From: Bacillota bacterium | Lineage (GTDB): Bacteria > Bacillota > JAAYKD01 | Length of the DNA: 64,000 nucleotides | Assembly (NCBI GenBank): GCA_963666425.2 | Contig: OY762825.2 | Coordinates: 2,720,001 to 2,784,000 of the forward strand | Direction of reading: 5' to 3' | Shown: positions 48,144 through 58,263 of the stretch, piece by piece | How positions within the stretch are numbered: position 1 is the first letter of the stretch | Layout: each line of letters opens with the position of its first letter | Position numbers and translations under genes: made by a program | Notes under the pieces: generated by a model | Databases searched by the model: none | Told to the model about the DNA's origin: nothing | What the model saw: only the letters and a program-made list of their open reading frames with translations

Positions 48144-49079
48144 TTAATCTCTGGCTTGCTGCTGTACTTCAATGAGCAAAGCTTCCAAGAACTTTTTCAC
48201 GTTGATCTTACCATGATACGGTGATTCCTGACGGAGATAACGCATTTCATTGCGAACTTCCGAGAAATCGAATAAGCGATTGGCATAGGTGTTGAATAAT
48301 TGATGACCGTAGTCTTCAATTCCCAGGGCCGCAACATTGTGTAAAGCGGCACCGACAGCGCGGCGGACGCGTTGTTCGATGGCTTTTTCATCATAAGACG
48401 GACCTTTTTCCTGTGTCTTCTCATACTGTTCCCGTACGGATTTGTAAACGGACTGCAGATGATGCAATTGAATCAAGCCTTCGCCCGGTTCATAGTCTTC
48501 CAACAAGAAGAGAATAATGGTGATAATATCACGGCAGCCCGCTTCGCCTAAGACACCTAAATCTGATAAGATGCGCAGCAATACCTTGCGGGCGCGGTCG
48601 ATATCAAAGGTGGAGCTTTTTGCGGCAACTTGGTTCTGCGCGTTCGGATCGCCGCTGGGTTCCAGGTTGGTTACGGAACTGCGAATGGTCGCAATCGCTT
48701 CCTGCAGCTGCATTTTTTCTAAAACGGATTTGATCACAGAAACGATTTCAACTTTGTTCAAAGGTTTATGAACAAAGAATTCAATCCCGCTGGCATAAGC
48801 CTGACCGATCAGGGTTTGTTCGGAAACTTGGGAAATCATAATAAACTGACCTTTGTAATTCTTCTCGTGCAAATGCTGAATGGTTTGGACGCCATCCTGA
48901 TTGGGAAGCAATAAGTCAATTAAAACAACATCCGGATCTAAATTCGCTACTTCGATTTCAGCTTTCTCGCCGTCGTCAGCCTGACCGATTACACGGCCAA
49001 GTTCATCACCTTCAATAATCTTATGAAGGATACGACGAATGCTTGGATCATCATCTACGAGATAAAAAGTTCTTTTCAT
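48144..49079 (-). CDS. Response regulator with YcbB-type output domain (GlnL-like)
   Basis: Receiver motifs LVDDD, IDLLLP and HKP. C-terminal KAIEQRVRRA...LGIEDY...LFDFSEVRNEM. Confidence 0.88.
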   Translation of the reverse strand: MKRTFYLVDDDPSIRRILHKIIEGDELGRVIGQADDGEKAEIEVANLDPDVVLIDLLLPNQDGVQTIQHLHEKNYKGQFIMISQVSEQTLIGQAYASGIEFFVHKPLNKVEIVSVIKSVLEKMQLQEAIATIRSSVTNLEPSGDPNAQNQVAAKSSTFDIDRARKVLLRILSDLGVLGEAGCRDIITIILFLLEDYEPGEGLIQLHHLQSVYKSVREQYEKTQEKGPSYDEKAIEQRVRRAVGAALHNVAALGIEDYGHQLFNTYANRLFDFSEVRNEMRYLRQESPYHGKINVKKFLEALLIEVQQQARD

Positions 49080-49762
49080 TTCATTCTTCACCTTTCTTGA
49101 TTTTTTTGATTTTGTCGGTTACTATCATATGAGTTAGTATAACATAACTCATTGGAGAAATAAAGACATAAGTGGACAATATTTTGGGGTATTATGTAGC
49201 CTTAGTCAAATTCTGCCGCAGTGGAAAATACGCCTGCTGCCATTGGTTGGTTGATATGATTTTTGGGTCTTAACTCTTTCTGTTTTTCTATGAAGCAGGT
49301 AGAAACACAGAATAGATCAGGAAAAAATCACAATATCTTGAATTTCGATATGTGCCTATTCTATCACGGTCCAAATGGAAAATCAATCCTTTTCTACATG
49401 TATGCAAGAAGAAGTTTATGATAGAAAATAAAGTGAGTAGAGGAAAAGTATCTTATTTTATCATTGCCACTCTACAACAGACAAAGTGGTTTTCAATTCC
49501 ATCATGAAGCAACAAGGAAAAAGCAGCAGTAATCCGGAACTTAAGAAGAGAAGAAAGTCGGTTTGCCTGTGCATCGGATGGTCGGTTTGCTGAACCTGCA
49601 GGGTGATTTTCCTTCTCTGCAAAGCAGGAACAGCAGTCTGTGGCAAGCAAATTTCAAGCTGTCAGCCGACAAGGAAGAGATAAAAGAAATTGAATTTTGC
49701 TCAGGTTAAAAGAGTTCCGCTGGATTTTAGTGAGAAAGTTGTTTCAAGCAAAGGAGACACCG

Positions 49763-52045
49763 ATGAAAATACTGATTATTGCCGAAAAACCAGCGATGGC
49801 GGCTGATATTGCCAAAGCCTTGGGAGGATTCCAAAAAAAGGCGGGCTATTTTGAAAAAGAAGATACCTGGCTGACCTGGTCTGTCGGACATTTGGTAGAA
49901 TTGGTTCCTCCGGAAGTCTATACTCCTGCCTGGAAGCGTTGGCGTGCCGAAACCTTACCAATGCTCCCGGAGAGCTTCCAATTGCAGCCCTCCAACAGCA
50001 GGGAAGCGCAGTATAAAAAAATCATGCAATTGCTCGGAGATCCGACGGTGGATCTCTTAGTCAACGCCTGTGACGCCGGCCGCGAGGGAGAATTGATTTT
50101 TCGTTATCTCATCACGATGGCGGGCTGCCGCACGCCGATGAAACGGCTGTGGATTTCTTCCCTGACCACCTCTGCCATCCGCCAGGGTTTTACAGAGGTG
50201 GAGCGGCAAGCCAGTAATGAAAAGCGCTACTTCGATTTATACCAGGCAGCGCGCTGCCGTTCCGAAGCGGATTGGCTGGTGGGGATGAACGCTTCCCGCG
50301 CCGTGACAATTGGTCAGCGCCAGCGTGGTCTGCGTGAGGTGTTTTCCATCGGACGCGTGCAAACGCCAACACTGGCCATTATGGTCAACCGGGAAGATGA
50401 GATCGCGCAATTCCAACAAGAAAAATACTGGCAGCTAACGGCCTGGTTTCAGGCGGAAAGCAGCAAATATCAAGGCCAATGGTTTTCCGCGAAAGAAAAC
50501 CGTTTTCATGACCTGGCTGCCGCTCAACGCATTGCCGATCTCATTAAAGATCAAGCAGGTGTCGTACTCAGTTTTGAAGTCAATCAAAAGAAAGAACCCG
50601 CTCCCATGCTCTATGATCTAACGGCGCTGCAGCGTGAGATGAATCGGCGTTATAGTTATGCTGCCTCAAAAACCTTGAAAATTGCACAGACCCTCTATGA
50701 AAGGCATAAACTGATCACTTATCCCAGAACAGATTCCCGCTATTTGACACCCGATTTGATTCCCAGTTTTGCTCATCGGCTCAGCGCGATCAGCGGTGGC
50801 TTATATGATCAAAGCCTCGCCAAACTGGAACATCAAAAACTGCCGATCAGCGGAAGATACGTTAATCAGGCGAAAGTCCGCGATCATCACGCTTTGATTC
50901 CGACCGAAACGAAAGTCAACTGGGCAGCCTTGACTGCGGATGAGAAAAAAGTCTTATCCGCCATACAGCAAAGCTTTATTACCATGTTTTTCCCGGATGC
51001 TGTTTGGCAGGAGAAAGAAGCTGTCACACAAGTGGAAGGGGAGACCTTTCGCAGCAAAAGCCGGAGTTTACTCGTCCTGGGCTGGCGCAGTGTAGCGGAT
51101 TCCGAAAAATCCATCGAGAAAAAAGAAGATGATTTGGCAGATTTACAACCGCAGGAAATCGTCCATGTGATTTCCTCTACGATCACAGAAGGGATCACGC
51201 AGCCACCGAAGCGTTATACGGAAGGAACCCTGCTGGGTGAGATGGAGCATGCCGGCAAACAATTGGAATCGGAGGCTTATCAGGAAGCGATGAAAGATCA
51301 CGGCCTCGGCACTCCCGCCACCCGCGCCGCCATTATCGATCGTTTAAAAGAAATGCGTTACATCGAAGCGGTGGAAAAGCAATTAAGACCGACCGGTAAA
51401 GGGATGGCTTTGATTCACCATCTGCCGGTGGCTGCCCTGCGTTCCGCCGACATGACCGGAGAATGGGAATATAAACTGCTGCAAATTCAGGAAGGCAATT
51501 ATCAGCCGGTCACTTTTATGGCGGAAATGCAGCAATTTGTCACCGCTGCGGTGGACGAATGCTTAAGAGCAGAACTGATGAATGCGGAGCAGGAAGTGCA
51601 TATTCTGCAATTAGCAGAGGAAAAAGCAGAGCAAACAGAAGAGGCAGCAGGAAGCAAGGCTGCCGCAGGGAAAAAAGTGGTGCGCACGCAAGCGGAAGGC
51701 AGCCTCAAGACAGCCAAAGAATCTTTGCTGCAGCTGCAATGTCCCCTCTGTCAAGGTAAAGTCCTGGAAAACAGCAAAGCATACTACTGTCAGAATTGGA
51801 AAGGTCAGCCGCCCTGCGGTTTTACACTTTGGAAAACAGTGGCCGGTAAACAGCTGACTGCCAAACAAATTGAGAAATTGCTGAGCAAAGGGGAAACCGG
51901 AATTCTGCGCGGATTCATCTCGGCGAAGAAAAAGAAATTCTCCGCCAACCTGCGTTTGGAGAACGGTAAAGTTGTTTTTGATTTTGCTCAAGCCGTGCCA
52001 AAACCCAAAACAAGCAAAAGTGCAGCGAATCCAGCAGACAAATAG
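49763..52045 (+). CDS. topB: DNA topoisomerase III
   Basis: IAEKP, DAGREGELIF, GRVQTPTL, catalytic ITYPRTD, GLGTPATRA and a C-terminal Zn-ribbon/repeat. Confidence 0.93.
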   Translation: MKILIIAEKPAMAADIAKALGGFQKKAGYFEKEDTWLTWSVGHLVELVPPEVYTPAWKRWRAETLPMLPESFQLQPSNSREAQYKKIMQLLGDPTVDLLVNACDAGREGELIFRYLITMAGCRTPMKRLWISSLTTSAIRQGFTEVERQASNEKRYFDLYQAARCRSEADWLVGMNASRAVTIGQRQRGLREVFSIGRVQTPTLAIMVNREDEIAQFQQEKYWQLTAWFQAESSKYQGQWFSAKENRFHDLAAAQRIADLIKDQAGVVLSFEVNQKKEPAPMLYDLTALQREMNRRYSYAASKTLKIAQTLYERHKLITYPRTDSRYLTPDLIPSFAHRLSAISGGLYDQSLAKLEHQKLPISGRYVNQAKVRDHHALIPTETKVNWAALTADEKKVLSAIQQSFITMFFPDAVWQEKEAVTQVEGETFRSKSRSLLVLGWRSVADSEKSIEKKEDDLADLQPQEIVHVISSTITEGITQPPKRYTEGTLLGEMEHAGKQLESEAYQEAMKDHGLGTPATRAAIIDRLKEMRYIEAVEKQLRPTGKGMALIHHLPVAALRSADMTGEWEYKLLQIQEGNYQPVTFMAEMQQFVTAAVDECLRAELMNAEQEVHILQLAEEKAEQTEEAAGSKAAAGKKVVRTQAEGSLKTAKESLLQLQCPLCQGKVLENSKAYYCQNWKGQPPCGFTLWKTVAGKQLTAKQIEKLLSKGETGILRGFISAKKKKFSANLRLENGKVVFDFAQAVPKPKTSKSAANPADK

Positions 52046-52232
52046 ACCAACAGCGGTGCGTCGGTTCTTGTAAACAGATGATTCCAAGCAAATAAAATGG
52101 GAGCAGCAGGTTTTTTTCGCGGCAAAATCCTCTTTTATCCTGCATAATAATATATGGACAAGCCAAGCAAAGTATGATAGTATTGAACCCGTCAAAAGCC
52201 GAGAATCATCGCATCTCGCTTTTGCAATTAAT

Positions 52233-52319
<87 letters not shown>

Positions 52320-52322
52320 TAC

Positions 52323-52407
52323 GTCGGGATGGCGGAACTGGCAGACGCGTACGTTTGAGGGGCGTATGGTTAACACCGTGTGGGTTCAAGTCCCACTCTC
52401 GACACCA
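52323..52407 (+). tRNA. tRNA-Leu(GAG)
   Basis: TACGT-TTGAGGG-GCGTA anticodon arm, long variable arm and CCA end. Confidence 0.95.
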
Positions 52408-52409
52408 GA

Positions 52410-52440
52410 TGGGGCTCTGGCAAATACCAGAGCCCATTTC
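52410..52440 (+). terminator. Terminator after the tRNA-Leu pair
   Basis: GGGCTCTGG/CCAGAGCCC stem. Confidence 0.7.
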
Positions 52441-52496
52441 CTTAATTATGAGTGCATAAATATACATGATAATTTATACTTATGGAGGCGAATATC

Positions 52497-53471
52497 GTGG
52501 CGGAACGATTACTGGATATTAGAAACTTAAGTACTTATTTTTACACCAGTGAAGGTGAAGTAAAAGCGGTCGATGGAGTGAGTTTTCAAATCAATGAAGG
52601 AGAAACTCTGGCTGTGGTGGGAGAATCCGGCTGTGGCAAGTCTGTTACCAGCTTATCCGTCATGCGTTTGATCCCCTGGCCGCCGGGAAAAATTGTAGGC
52701 GGCGAAATTCTTTTCAACGATCAGGATATTCTGAAGATGTCGGATGAAGAAATGCAAAAGATCCGCGGCAATGAAATCTCCATGATTTTTCAGGAACCGA
52801 TGACTTCCTTAAACCCGGTCTATTCGGTTGGTTTTCAGATTTCGGAAGCCTTGGAATTGCATCAGCATCTGAGCAAAGCGCAGGCTTGGGAAAAGTCGAT
52901 CGAGATGCTGCGCCTGGTGGGTATTCCGCTGCCGGAGAAACGTGTCGCCGAATTCCCGCATCAGCTTTCCGGCGGTATGCGCCAACGGGTGATGATTGCT
53001 ATGGCTTTAGCCTGCAACCCCCGCCTGCTGATTGCGGATGAACCGACAACTGCTTTGGATGTGACGATTCAGGCGCAGATTCTGGACCTGCTGCGTAAAT
53101 TAAAATCCGAATTGGGTATGGCCATTCTGCTGATTACTCATGACTTAGGTGTAGTGGCAGAAATGGCGGAACGTGTTGTCGTGATGTATGCCGGTAAAGT
53201 AGTGGAGGAAGCCGATGTAGTCAGCATCTTCCATCATCCGCTGCATCCCTATACGGAAGGCCTGCTGGAATCCATTCCCAAATTGCATGGCAAAAGCAAT
53301 GAGAAATTACATGTCATAGAGGGGATCGTGCCAAATCCGGCTCATATGCCGCAAGGCTGCCGTTTTAGTCCGCGCTGCCCCAAAGCCAGTGAACAGTGTT
53401 ATCGTGAAGAACCGCCTTTGCAGGAAGTGGGCAACAGACGGCTTGCCTGCTGGAATGTGAAACTATCATAA
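52497..53471 (+). CDS. oppD: Oligo/dipeptide ABC transporter ATPase
   Basis: [28 protein letters not shown] and GCRFSPRC. Confidence 0.9.
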   Translation: MAERLLDIRNLSTYFYTSEGEVKAVDGVSFQINEGETLAVVGESGCGKSVTSLSVMRLIPWPPGKIVGGEILFNDQDILKMSDEEMQKIRGNEISMIFQEPMTSLNPVYSVGFQISEALELHQHLSKAQAWEKSIEMLRLVGIPLPEKRVAEFPHQLSGGMRQRVMIAMALACNPRLLIADEPTTALDVTIQAQILDLLRKLKSELGMAILLITHDLGVVAEMAERVVVMYAGKVVEEADVVSIFHHPLHPYTEGLLESIPKLHGKSNEKLHVIEGIVPNPAHMPQGCRFSPRCPKASEQCYREEPPLQEVGNRRLACWNVKLS

Positions 53472-53483
53472 GGAGAGAGCCCA

Positions 53484-54479
53484 ATGTCAAATGAAATTTT
53501 ACTGGATGTACGTCATCTCAAGACTTATTTCCCCATCAAGAATGGGTTGTTTTCCAAAGTAACCGGTTCGATCAAAGCGGTGGATGATGTCAGTTTCCAG
53601 ATCCGTAAGGGAGAAACGCTGGGGTTAGTGGGAGAATCCGGCTGCGGTAAAACGACGACCGGAAAATCAATCCTGCGGCTGAACGAATATGCTACGGGAG
53701 AAGTTTTCTTTGAAGGTCAGGATATCATGAAGCTGAATCGCGACGATATGCGAAAAATGCGCCGTGAGATGCAGCTGATTTATCAGGACCCTTATTCTTC
53801 ACTGAATCCGCGCATGAACATTGGGGATATCATCGCAGAACCATTGGAGATCCACAATATATGCAAAGGCGCTGAACGCGACAAAAGAGTCAAGGAACTG
53901 CTGAGTGTCGTCGGTCTTTCGCCTTATCATGCCAAACGCTATCCGCATGAATTTTCCGGCGGCCAGCGTCAGAGAATCGGTATCGCCAGAGCTTTGGCTT
54001 TAAATCCGAAACTAATTGTCTGTGATGAACCAGTCTCTGCCTTGGATGTCTCCATCCAATCGCAGATTCTCAATCTTCTAGACGAATTGCAGGACGAATT
54101 TGGCTTAACTTATCTATTCATTGCGCACGGCCTTGCAGTGGTAAAACACATTTCCGATCGGGTAGGCGTCATGTATTTGGGGAAAATGGTGGAAATTTGC
54201 AGCAGTGAGGAATTGTACGGCAATCCGCTGCATCCCTATACCGAGGCTCTGATGTCCGCCATCCCCATCCCCGATCCCAGTATGGAGCGTCACCGCATTC
54301 TGCTGGAAGGTGATGTGCCCAGTCCGATCAATCCGCCCAGCGGCTGCCGTTTTCATACACGCTGCAGAAAAGCATTTGCGAAATGCCATGAAGTCGAACC
54401 CGAATTGATCGATGTAGGCAACAATCACCAGGTGGCCTGTCATTTATGCACAGCCTGCCAGACAGCGTCAGCGGAATAA
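53484..54479 (+). CDS. oppF: Oligo/dipeptide ABC transporter ATPase
   Basis: [24 protein letters not shown] and GCRFHTRC. Confidence 0.9.
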   Translation: MSNEILLDVRHLKTYFPIKNGLFSKVTGSIKAVDDVSFQIRKGETLGLVGESGCGKTTTGKSILRLNEYATGEVFFEGQDIMKLNRDDMRKMRREMQLIYQDPYSSLNPRMNIGDIIAEPLEIHNICKGAERDKRVKELLSVVGLSPYHAKRYPHEFSGGQRQRIGIARALALNPKLIVCDEPVSALDVSIQSQILNLLDELQDEFGLTYLFIAHGLAVVKHISDRVGVMYLGKMVEICSSEELYGNPLHPYTEALMSAIPIPDPSMERHRILLEGDVPSPINPPSGCRFHTRCRKAFAKCHEVEPELIDVGNNHQVACHLCTACQTASAE

Positions 54480-54481
54480 TG

Positions 54482-54516
54482 ATCACGGAGAGAAAACCTC
54501 TCTCCGTGATTTTCTT
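54482..54516 (+). terminator. Terminator after oppF
   Basis: ATCACGGAGAGA/TCTCTCCGTGAT followed by TTTC. Confidence 0.8.
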
Positions 54517-54699
54517 GTCGTTAAGAATAAGCAAGAGATATGAATAATTTAAGGATTTATTATAATTGAAAAGGATAATAGTAAAGCATCAAGAACTAAA
54601 AACACTGGAAAAGGTTCTGTCTGTGCGGTTCGTTTGACAGACAACAGCCTTTTCTAAAAAAATGAACTCAAACGATTTGAAGTTCATGGATGGCGGTGG

Positions 54700-55857
54700 A
54701 TGATAATGAATAAATTCCGACGATTGATTTTATTGACGGTACTTTCACTTCTCTTAACTGTACCACAAACTGCGTTGGCCGAAACGGCTTACACAGCCAA
54801 TTGCAAAGCAGCAATTTTACTGGATGAGGAATCGGGTCAAATTCTATTTGAACAAAATGCCAATGAGCAGTTAGCTCCCGCCAGTATTACGAAAGTGATG
54901 ACCATGTATGTCACCATGGAAGCGCTGTTAAACGGGAAGATTGCTTTGACCGATGTGGTGACTGTCAGCAAAGAAGCCTGGGAAATCGGCGAGTCTTCGA
55001 TGTTTCTCAATGTCGGCGACAAAGTGACCGTCGAGCAATTGCTGCAAGGTTTATGTGTTGTTTCCGGCAACGATGCGGCGATTTGTCTGGCAGAGCATGT
55101 TGGCGGCAGTCTGTCAGGTTTTGTTGCGATGATGAATGCTCAGGCAAAAGAACTGGGTATGAACCATTCCCACTTTGCCAATCCTCATGGCTTGGATGCG
55201 AAAGATCATTACATGTCGGCGGCGGATATTGCTACGCTTTGCAGTCAGCTATATAAAAACCATCCCCAAGCCGTGAAATATTACTCCCAAAGCGAACTAA
55301 CCTATGGCGATATTACGCAACCCAATCGAAATCCGATGCTGGGCAAATATCCTGGTGTAGACGGGGTCAAAACCGGTTTTACCGATAATGCCGGTTATTC
55401 TATCGCGGTCAGCTCTCTGCGCAATGACTGGCGTCTGATCGCTGTGATTATGGGCGCTGAAAGCGAAGAAACAAGGATAGCCGAAGCAGGCAATTTATTA
55501 GATTATGGATTTAACAATTTCGATCGTTTTGTAGCCGGCAAAAAGGGCAGTGTTGTGACGAATGTGACGGTAAAGCGCGGCCGAGTGAACAGTGTGGATT
55601 TACTATTGGCGGAAGATGCAGCCTGCATCATTACCAAAGGAGATCAGGAAAACGTAGTCGTTACGAATCGAATTGAAGATATTTCAGCTCCTTTTACGCA
55701 AGGGCAAACCTTAGCTGCCATGGATATTTCCTACAAAGGAGTTCATCAAAGAACGGTGAACTTAATAGCAGCGAACGAAGTGGGAAAAGCAAATATTTTT
55801 AAAGTGATCTGGCAGGGAATTTATGGATTTTTCAGCGGATTGATTCATATTGGATAA
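54700..55857 (+). CDS. D-alanyl-D-alanine carboxypeptidase (peptidase S11)
   Basis: Signal peptide, SxxK (ASITK), SxN (SGN) and KTG motifs, and an amphipathic C-terminus. Confidence 0.92.
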   Translation: MIMNKFRRLILLTVLSLLLTVPQTALAETAYTANCKAAILLDEESGQILFEQNANEQLAPASITKVMTMYVTMEALLNGKIALTDVVTVSKEAWEIGESSMFLNVGDKVTVEQLLQGLCVVSGNDAAICLAEHVGGSLSGFVAMMNAQAKELGMNHSHFANPHGLDAKDHYMSAADIATLCSQLYKNHPQAVKYYSQSELTYGDITQPNRNPMLGKYPGVDGVKTGFTDNAGYSIAVSSLRNDWRLIAVIMGAESEETRIAEAGNLLDYGFNNFDRFVAGKKGSVVTNVTVKRGRVNSVDLLLAEDAACIITKGDQENVVVTNRIEDISAPFTQGQTLAAMDISYKGVHQRTVNLIAANEVGKANIFKVIWQGIYGFFSGLIHIG

Positions 55858-55902
55858 AAAGTTGTGGATTTTCAAAAAAGAATGTGCTATAATGTTGACA
55901 TT

Positions 55903-55977
55903 GCGCCCGTAGCTCAGTGGATAGACCGCCAGGCTCCGGACTTGGAAGCGAGGGTTCGATTCCCCCCGGGCGCACCA
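55903..55977 (+). tRNA. tRNA-Arg(CCG)
   Basis: GCGCCCG acceptor stem, CCAGG-CTCCGGA-CTTGG anticodon arm and CCA end. Preceded by TGcTATAAT and followed by a terminator. Confidence 0.9.
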
Positions 55978-55988
55978 AACTAACCATA

Positions 55989-56026
55989 AGCGGATTGATC
56001 GAACGATCAATCCGCTGCTTTTTTAA
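55989..56026 (+). terminator. Terminator after tRNA-Arg
   Basis: AGCGGATTGATC-GAAC-GATCAATCCGCT followed by a T tract. Confidence 0.8.
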
Positions 56027-56239
56027 TTTTTGCAGCGGACTTATTTGCTAGAAAGATGGGCTTTTGCCGGAACCAAGCCGTCCTCTTCTGCTGATGTCGA
56101 TGACTGCGGTAAAAATTGGTGATTTGTTCTAAAAGAACAGCGTGCTTTACCGAACCGTTGATTCCCTCACATCCCTGTAAAATAACACTTGCTCAAGACT
56201 GGCAGATGCGATATACTGGAAATTGGGAGGTGTCTTAGG

Positions 56240-56698
56240 ATGGATATCTATGACCGGATTTTAAAGATCTTATTAATCATCGCTGGTGTGATTTTTATCT
56301 TGACCGGAATCGTTTTGATGGTTGGGGTAGGCATGTTCATACCCGGATTTTTGGATGAATTGTTCGTACTCGGTTTGTTTTTATTGGTCGGCAGCTGGCT
56401 GGTCGCCTATCGCGACGCCTCCGGCAAAGAAAACTTTATCGTCAGAGAAATACGAAAAATCGCACTTGGCATCTTCTGTCAGGAAGTCGTCGGACAAGTT
56501 GTGGAGATACGCGATTATGATGCCTCTTTTATTTTAAAAGATCAAAGGAACTCTTATCGCTTTCCCATGAGCGTGATCAAAGAAAAAGATCGCTGCTATT
56601 TGGATGATTGGCTGAGCGGCGGACCGGAAGTACGGCTGAAAGTATATATCAATTTTATCACCCGACAGGTGACTTACTATGAAGTGCTGGCTTTTTAA
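56240..56698 (+). CDS. Hypothetical membrane protein (2 TM helices plus a small beta-rich domain)
   Basis: GGGAGG RBS and two hydrophobic segments. Confidence 0.7.
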   Translation: MDIYDRILKILLIIAGVIFILTGIVLMVGVGMFIPGFLDELFVLGLFLLVGSWLVAYRDASGKENFIVREIRKIALGIFCQEVVGQVVEIRDYDASFILKDQRNSYRFPMSVIKEKDRCYLDDWLSGGPEVRLKVYINFITRQVTYYEVLAF

Positions 56699-56866
56699 AT
56701 GACTGAAAAAGCAACGGCTGCTTGCGCCTTAAAAGATTTCATGCTATACTTTTCTCTGCACTTCTATCAGGGAGCAGTAACTTTTTTATCGGAAACCCAA
56801 TGCATGACCAGGCTGTCTTTTGAGTTGACAAGAGGCAGCCATTTTCTATAGGAAGGCGGAATTCGG

Positions 56867-58261
56867 ATGCGTTATTCTCTGGCTGTTTTTGTTGCGAAGC
56901 TGGCCGCAGGCACGATTCGCAGTCTGAAACTGGGGGGAGGTACTTCTTTTCCCGGTAAATTGGCCAATCGAATTGATCCTACCTGTTTGTCGGAACTAAA
57001 CCGACGCTTGCCGTTGGGCAGTATTGTGATTACGGGTACCAACGGTAAGACAACGACCGCAGCCATGATCAGCGCTGTGCTGGAAGAGAACAAGATCAAA
57101 GTGGTTCATAACAAAACAGGCGCCAATCTGCTGCCCGGCATTACGGCATCGTTTTTAAAATCTACCGATTTGTTCGGTCATCTGCATCAGGACTGCGCCG
57201 TGATTGAGGCAGATGAAGCGGCTTTTCCGCTCTTGTGTCAGGCGATCACGCCAAAAATTGTCATTGTAACGAATTTTTTCCGTGATCAATTGGATCGTTT
57301 TGGCGAACTGGATAAAACGGTTTCTTTCATACGGCGCGGCTTGACCGCACTGCCGGCAGGAACAACCGTATTGTTAAATGGTGACGACCCCATTGTAGTG
57401 GGTTTAGCCAGTGTGCCAGGCTTAGATTATCATTATTTTGGCATTGAGGATGAGAAATTTGGGCGTCAAAGCATGGAGCAGACTGCAGAAGGCAAATATT
57501 GTCCACGCTGCGGTGCTATGCTGACCTATGAGCGTTATTATTACGCCCATCTGGGTATTTACCGCTGTCCTGCCTGCAGCTTTCAACGTCCGCCGCTGGA
57601 TTTATTTGCCACAAAGATTCGGCTGAAGGGTTTGCTGGGCAGTACGTTTTGCATACAAAACTCAAGCAGCCGTGCCATACAGATCGAATTCCAATTACCG
57701 GGCCTTTATAACGTCTACAACGCGTTGGCGGCGTGGTCCGCGGTAGAAAGGATGCAGATACCGCCGGAGCGGCTTGCAGCAGGGATTGCCGCCTTTCGGC
57801 ACGCTTTTGGCCGAATGGAACGGTTGGAAGTAGACGGTCGTACTGTGATCATGGCACTGGTGAAAAATCCAACCGGCTGCAATGAGGTGATCCGCACGTT
57901 CCTGCAGCAAGAAGGGCAGCTGCATCTCTTATTGGCGCTGAATGATAATTACGCAGATGGAACCGATGTCTCTTGGATCTGGGACGTGGATTATGAACAA
58001 TTGCAAACAGCAGCCGACCGGCTCGCCAGTTTGACGTTCAGCGGCAGCCGTGCTTTTGATCTGGCGCTGCGGATCAAGTATGCCGGCCTCAGTTTGCGGA
58101 AGGAACAGGTGATTCCCGAACTGGCAGCCGCACTGGCCGCGGCGGTGCAGCAGACGCCGGTAGGTGAGATGTTGCTGATCATGCCGAATTATACCTCTAT
58201 GCTGGGCCTGCGCTCGATTCTGGCGGATCAAGGCTATCTACAGCAATATTGGGAGGAGTAA
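56867..58261 (+). CDS. murT: Lipid II isoglutaminyl synthase subunit MurT
   Basis: GTNGKTTT, EADE, NFFRDQLDRFGE, CPRC/CPAC zinc motif, KNPTG and DGTDVSWIWDVD. Confidence 0.93.
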   Translation: MRYSLAVFVAKLAAGTIRSLKLGGGTSFPGKLANRIDPTCLSELNRRLPLGSIVITGTNGKTTTAAMISAVLEENKIKVVHNKTGANLLPGITASFLKSTDLFGHLHQDCAVIEADEAAFPLLCQAITPKIVIVTNFFRDQLDRFGELDKTVSFIRRGLTALPAGTTVLLNGDDPIVVGLASVPGLDYHYFGIEDEKFGRQSMEQTAEGKYCPRCGAMLTYERYYYAHLGIYRCPACSFQRPPLDLFATKIRLKGLLGSTFCIQNSSSRAIQIEFQLPGLYNVYNALAAWSAVERMQIPPERLAAGIAAFRHAFGRMERLEVDGRTVIMALVKNPTGCNEVIRTFLQQEGQLHLLLALNDNYADGTDVSWIWDVDYEQLQTAADRLASLTFSGSRAFDLALRIKYAGLSLRKEQVIPELAAALAAAVQQTPVGEMLLIMPNYTSMLGLRSILADQGYLQQYWEE

Positions 58262-58263
58262 TC

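Noticed and set aside
56760-56845. SAM-I riboswitch
   Set aside because: TATCAGGGAGCAG resembles the 5' end only. The GAGGGA/GGCCC, GCAACC and GTGC core elements are absent.
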